This document shows, one piece after another, positions 26,342 through 27,478 of a DNA stretch of 27,478 nucleotides; the stretch's first letter is position 1; each line of letters begins with the position of its first letter. The DNA lies in the IMG/VR virus record IMGVR_UViG_3300037484_001226, positions 1 to 27,478 of that record, one strand, 5' to 3'. The position numbers and the translations under genes were made by a program. The notes below the pieces were generated by a model. The model was given only the letters and a program-made list of their open reading frames with translations. It made no database searches and was not told the origin of the DNA. Origin of the DNA: a virus (taxonomy: Duplodnaviria > Caudoviricetes).

Positions 26342-26640
26342 AACTCCTCCTGTGTCTGAAGTGTCACGACATCGTGGCGCTCACCTTCATGAGGCGTTGG
26401 TGTCGGTGTGGAGCAGCCTCTAGGCACTACCTCCCAGACGGCCTCTATGCCGTCGTCTCGACGGCAGCCGAGGTGATCGGGATTGACGGCCGCACCTTGG
26501 AGAGGGCGATTCACAACAGGGAAGACGGGGACAGCGGGCATCGCACCCTCGCCGCGTGGCTGATGGGGAAAGATGCGCCGCGAGTGACGTGGGAGAAGGA
26601 TGATGGAAGCACGCACGAAAGAGCTGCTCAATCTGCTTGA
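26338..26640 (+). CDS. Zn-binding hypothetical protein
   Basis: 100 aa from ATG 26338 (ATGA overlap); CLKCHDI...CRCG. Confidence 0.7.
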   Translation: MKLLLCLKCHDIVALTFMRRWCRCGAASRHYLPDGLYAVVSTAAEVIGIDGRTLERAIHNREDGDSGHRTLAAWLMGKDAPRVTWEKDDGSTHERAAQSA

Positions 26641-27007
26641 CGAGGAGATGGCGAAGGGCGGCCGAGCAGGGGAGGAGCTCGCGGCGATCATGAGCGGGCT
26701 GCGGGGGCCGGATTGCAGAGAGGATGAGCCCTACAAGGAACGCTCCACCTGCCGCATCAGGGCGAAGGCATTCCCGAAGATGTTCAAGGCGTTCGGTTTG
26801 CCAACAAGCTGGGCAGTCTTCTTCCCTTTCGGCGGTCATACCACATATGCATATGGGTGGACCATGAACAACAGGGGACCGATCACGCTGCCAAGTGGGG
26901 GGAAGACTGTCGAGAATCATTTCAGCCGCCATGCGTTGATGGCTGCTGACGCCCTTGGTGAAAAGGTGGTGCTCGAGAATGATTGGGGGCCGCAAGTTGA
27001 TGCGTGA
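26600..27007 (+). CDS. Hypothetical protein
   Basis: 135 aa; purine-rich SD; collinear with neighbours. Confidence 0.65.
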   Translation: MMEARTKELLNLLDEEMAKGGRAGEELAAIMSGLRGPDCREDEPYKERSTCRIRAKAFPKMFKAFGLPTSWAVFFPFGGHTTYAYGWTMNNRGPITLPSGGKTVENHFSRHALMAADALGEKVVLENDWGPQVDA

Positions 27008-27188
27008 ACACCTCGGCATCCTCATGCTGCTCATCGCGATGGCGTTCGGCTTCGTGGGGAGTTGGTGGGCGCTCCTTGGCACCTGTGGCTGCACGCTTGG
27101 AGGCGCCTACCTGCTTGACCCCAACACCTACTTCGTGAGGTGGATGAGGGGAAGGAGAGCGAAATGGTCAGCATCGGACAGCGCGTGA
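27000..27188 (+). CDS. Small membrane protein
   Basis: 62 aa from ATG 27000 with a long hydrophobic stretch. Confidence 0.5.
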   Translation: MREHLGILMLLIAMAFGFVGSWWALLGTCGCTLGGAYLLDPNTYFVRWMRGRRAKWSASDSA

Positions 27189-27412
27189 AGATCATCATAG
27201 GAAGTGAGGAGGAGGAAGGGATCGTGATCGCGGTCGGTGTCAATGATCACGTCCCTTCACGGGAGGATGTGGAGAAGCGCCACATGCCCCCGGAGTGCAT
27301 CGAGATCAAGCTGGATCGTGGGGGCTACACGCTGGTGCCCGCGGCACAGCAGCACCGGGTGATCGCGTTGCCGAGGAAGACGACCGCCAGGGAGCAGGCG
27401 AAGGCAGCCTGA
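27164..27412 (+). CDS. Small SH3/KOW-like beta-barrel protein (tentative)
   Basis: 82 aa from ATG 27164 (SD AAGGAG); IGQRVKI...GIVIAV. Confidence 0.6.
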   Translation: MVSIGQRVKIIIGSEEEEGIVIAVGVNDHVPSREDVEKRHMPPECIEIKLDRGGYTLVPAAQQHRVIALPRKTTAREQAKAA

Positions 27413-27478
27413 CACGGAAGAACGAGCGTGAAGAGAAGGAGGCGCGTTGTGGGGAGGGTAGGATCCAACAAAAGGGAT

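Noticed and set aside
1-27478. CRISPR array, tRNA, integrase, IS element or diversity-generating retroelement
   Set aside because: No regularly spaced repeats, cloverleaf, recombinase, transposase or reverse-transcriptase motifs, or template/variable repeat pair were found by eye.

Overview
A GC-rich fragment of a tailed dsDNA phage or prophage genome with two divergent arms. The minus strand (about 23700 to 1) is a tightly packed, translationally coupled packaging and virion module. In order it holds Zn-finger and HTH genes, a putative small terminase, a large terminase split into separate ATPase and nuclease genes with an HEXXH ORF between them, portal, scaffold, major capsid, decoration proteins, three adaptor-like paralogues, several fibre/spike proteins, small membrane proteins and a 1093-aa nozzle/stabilisation-like protein. 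No tape measure or sheath is visible, so the layout looks podovirus-like. The plus strand (24261 to the end) carries small early-type hypothetical genes after a less GC-rich divergent intergenic region. The most notable observations are the split terminase cassette, a His-repeat tail fibre with an apparent Sec signal peptide, a gene bounded by a 16-bp direct repeat that preserves both gene junctions, and two micro-proteins sharing a GIKTPF motif. All calls come from reading motifs and gene order by eye; no database searches were run.
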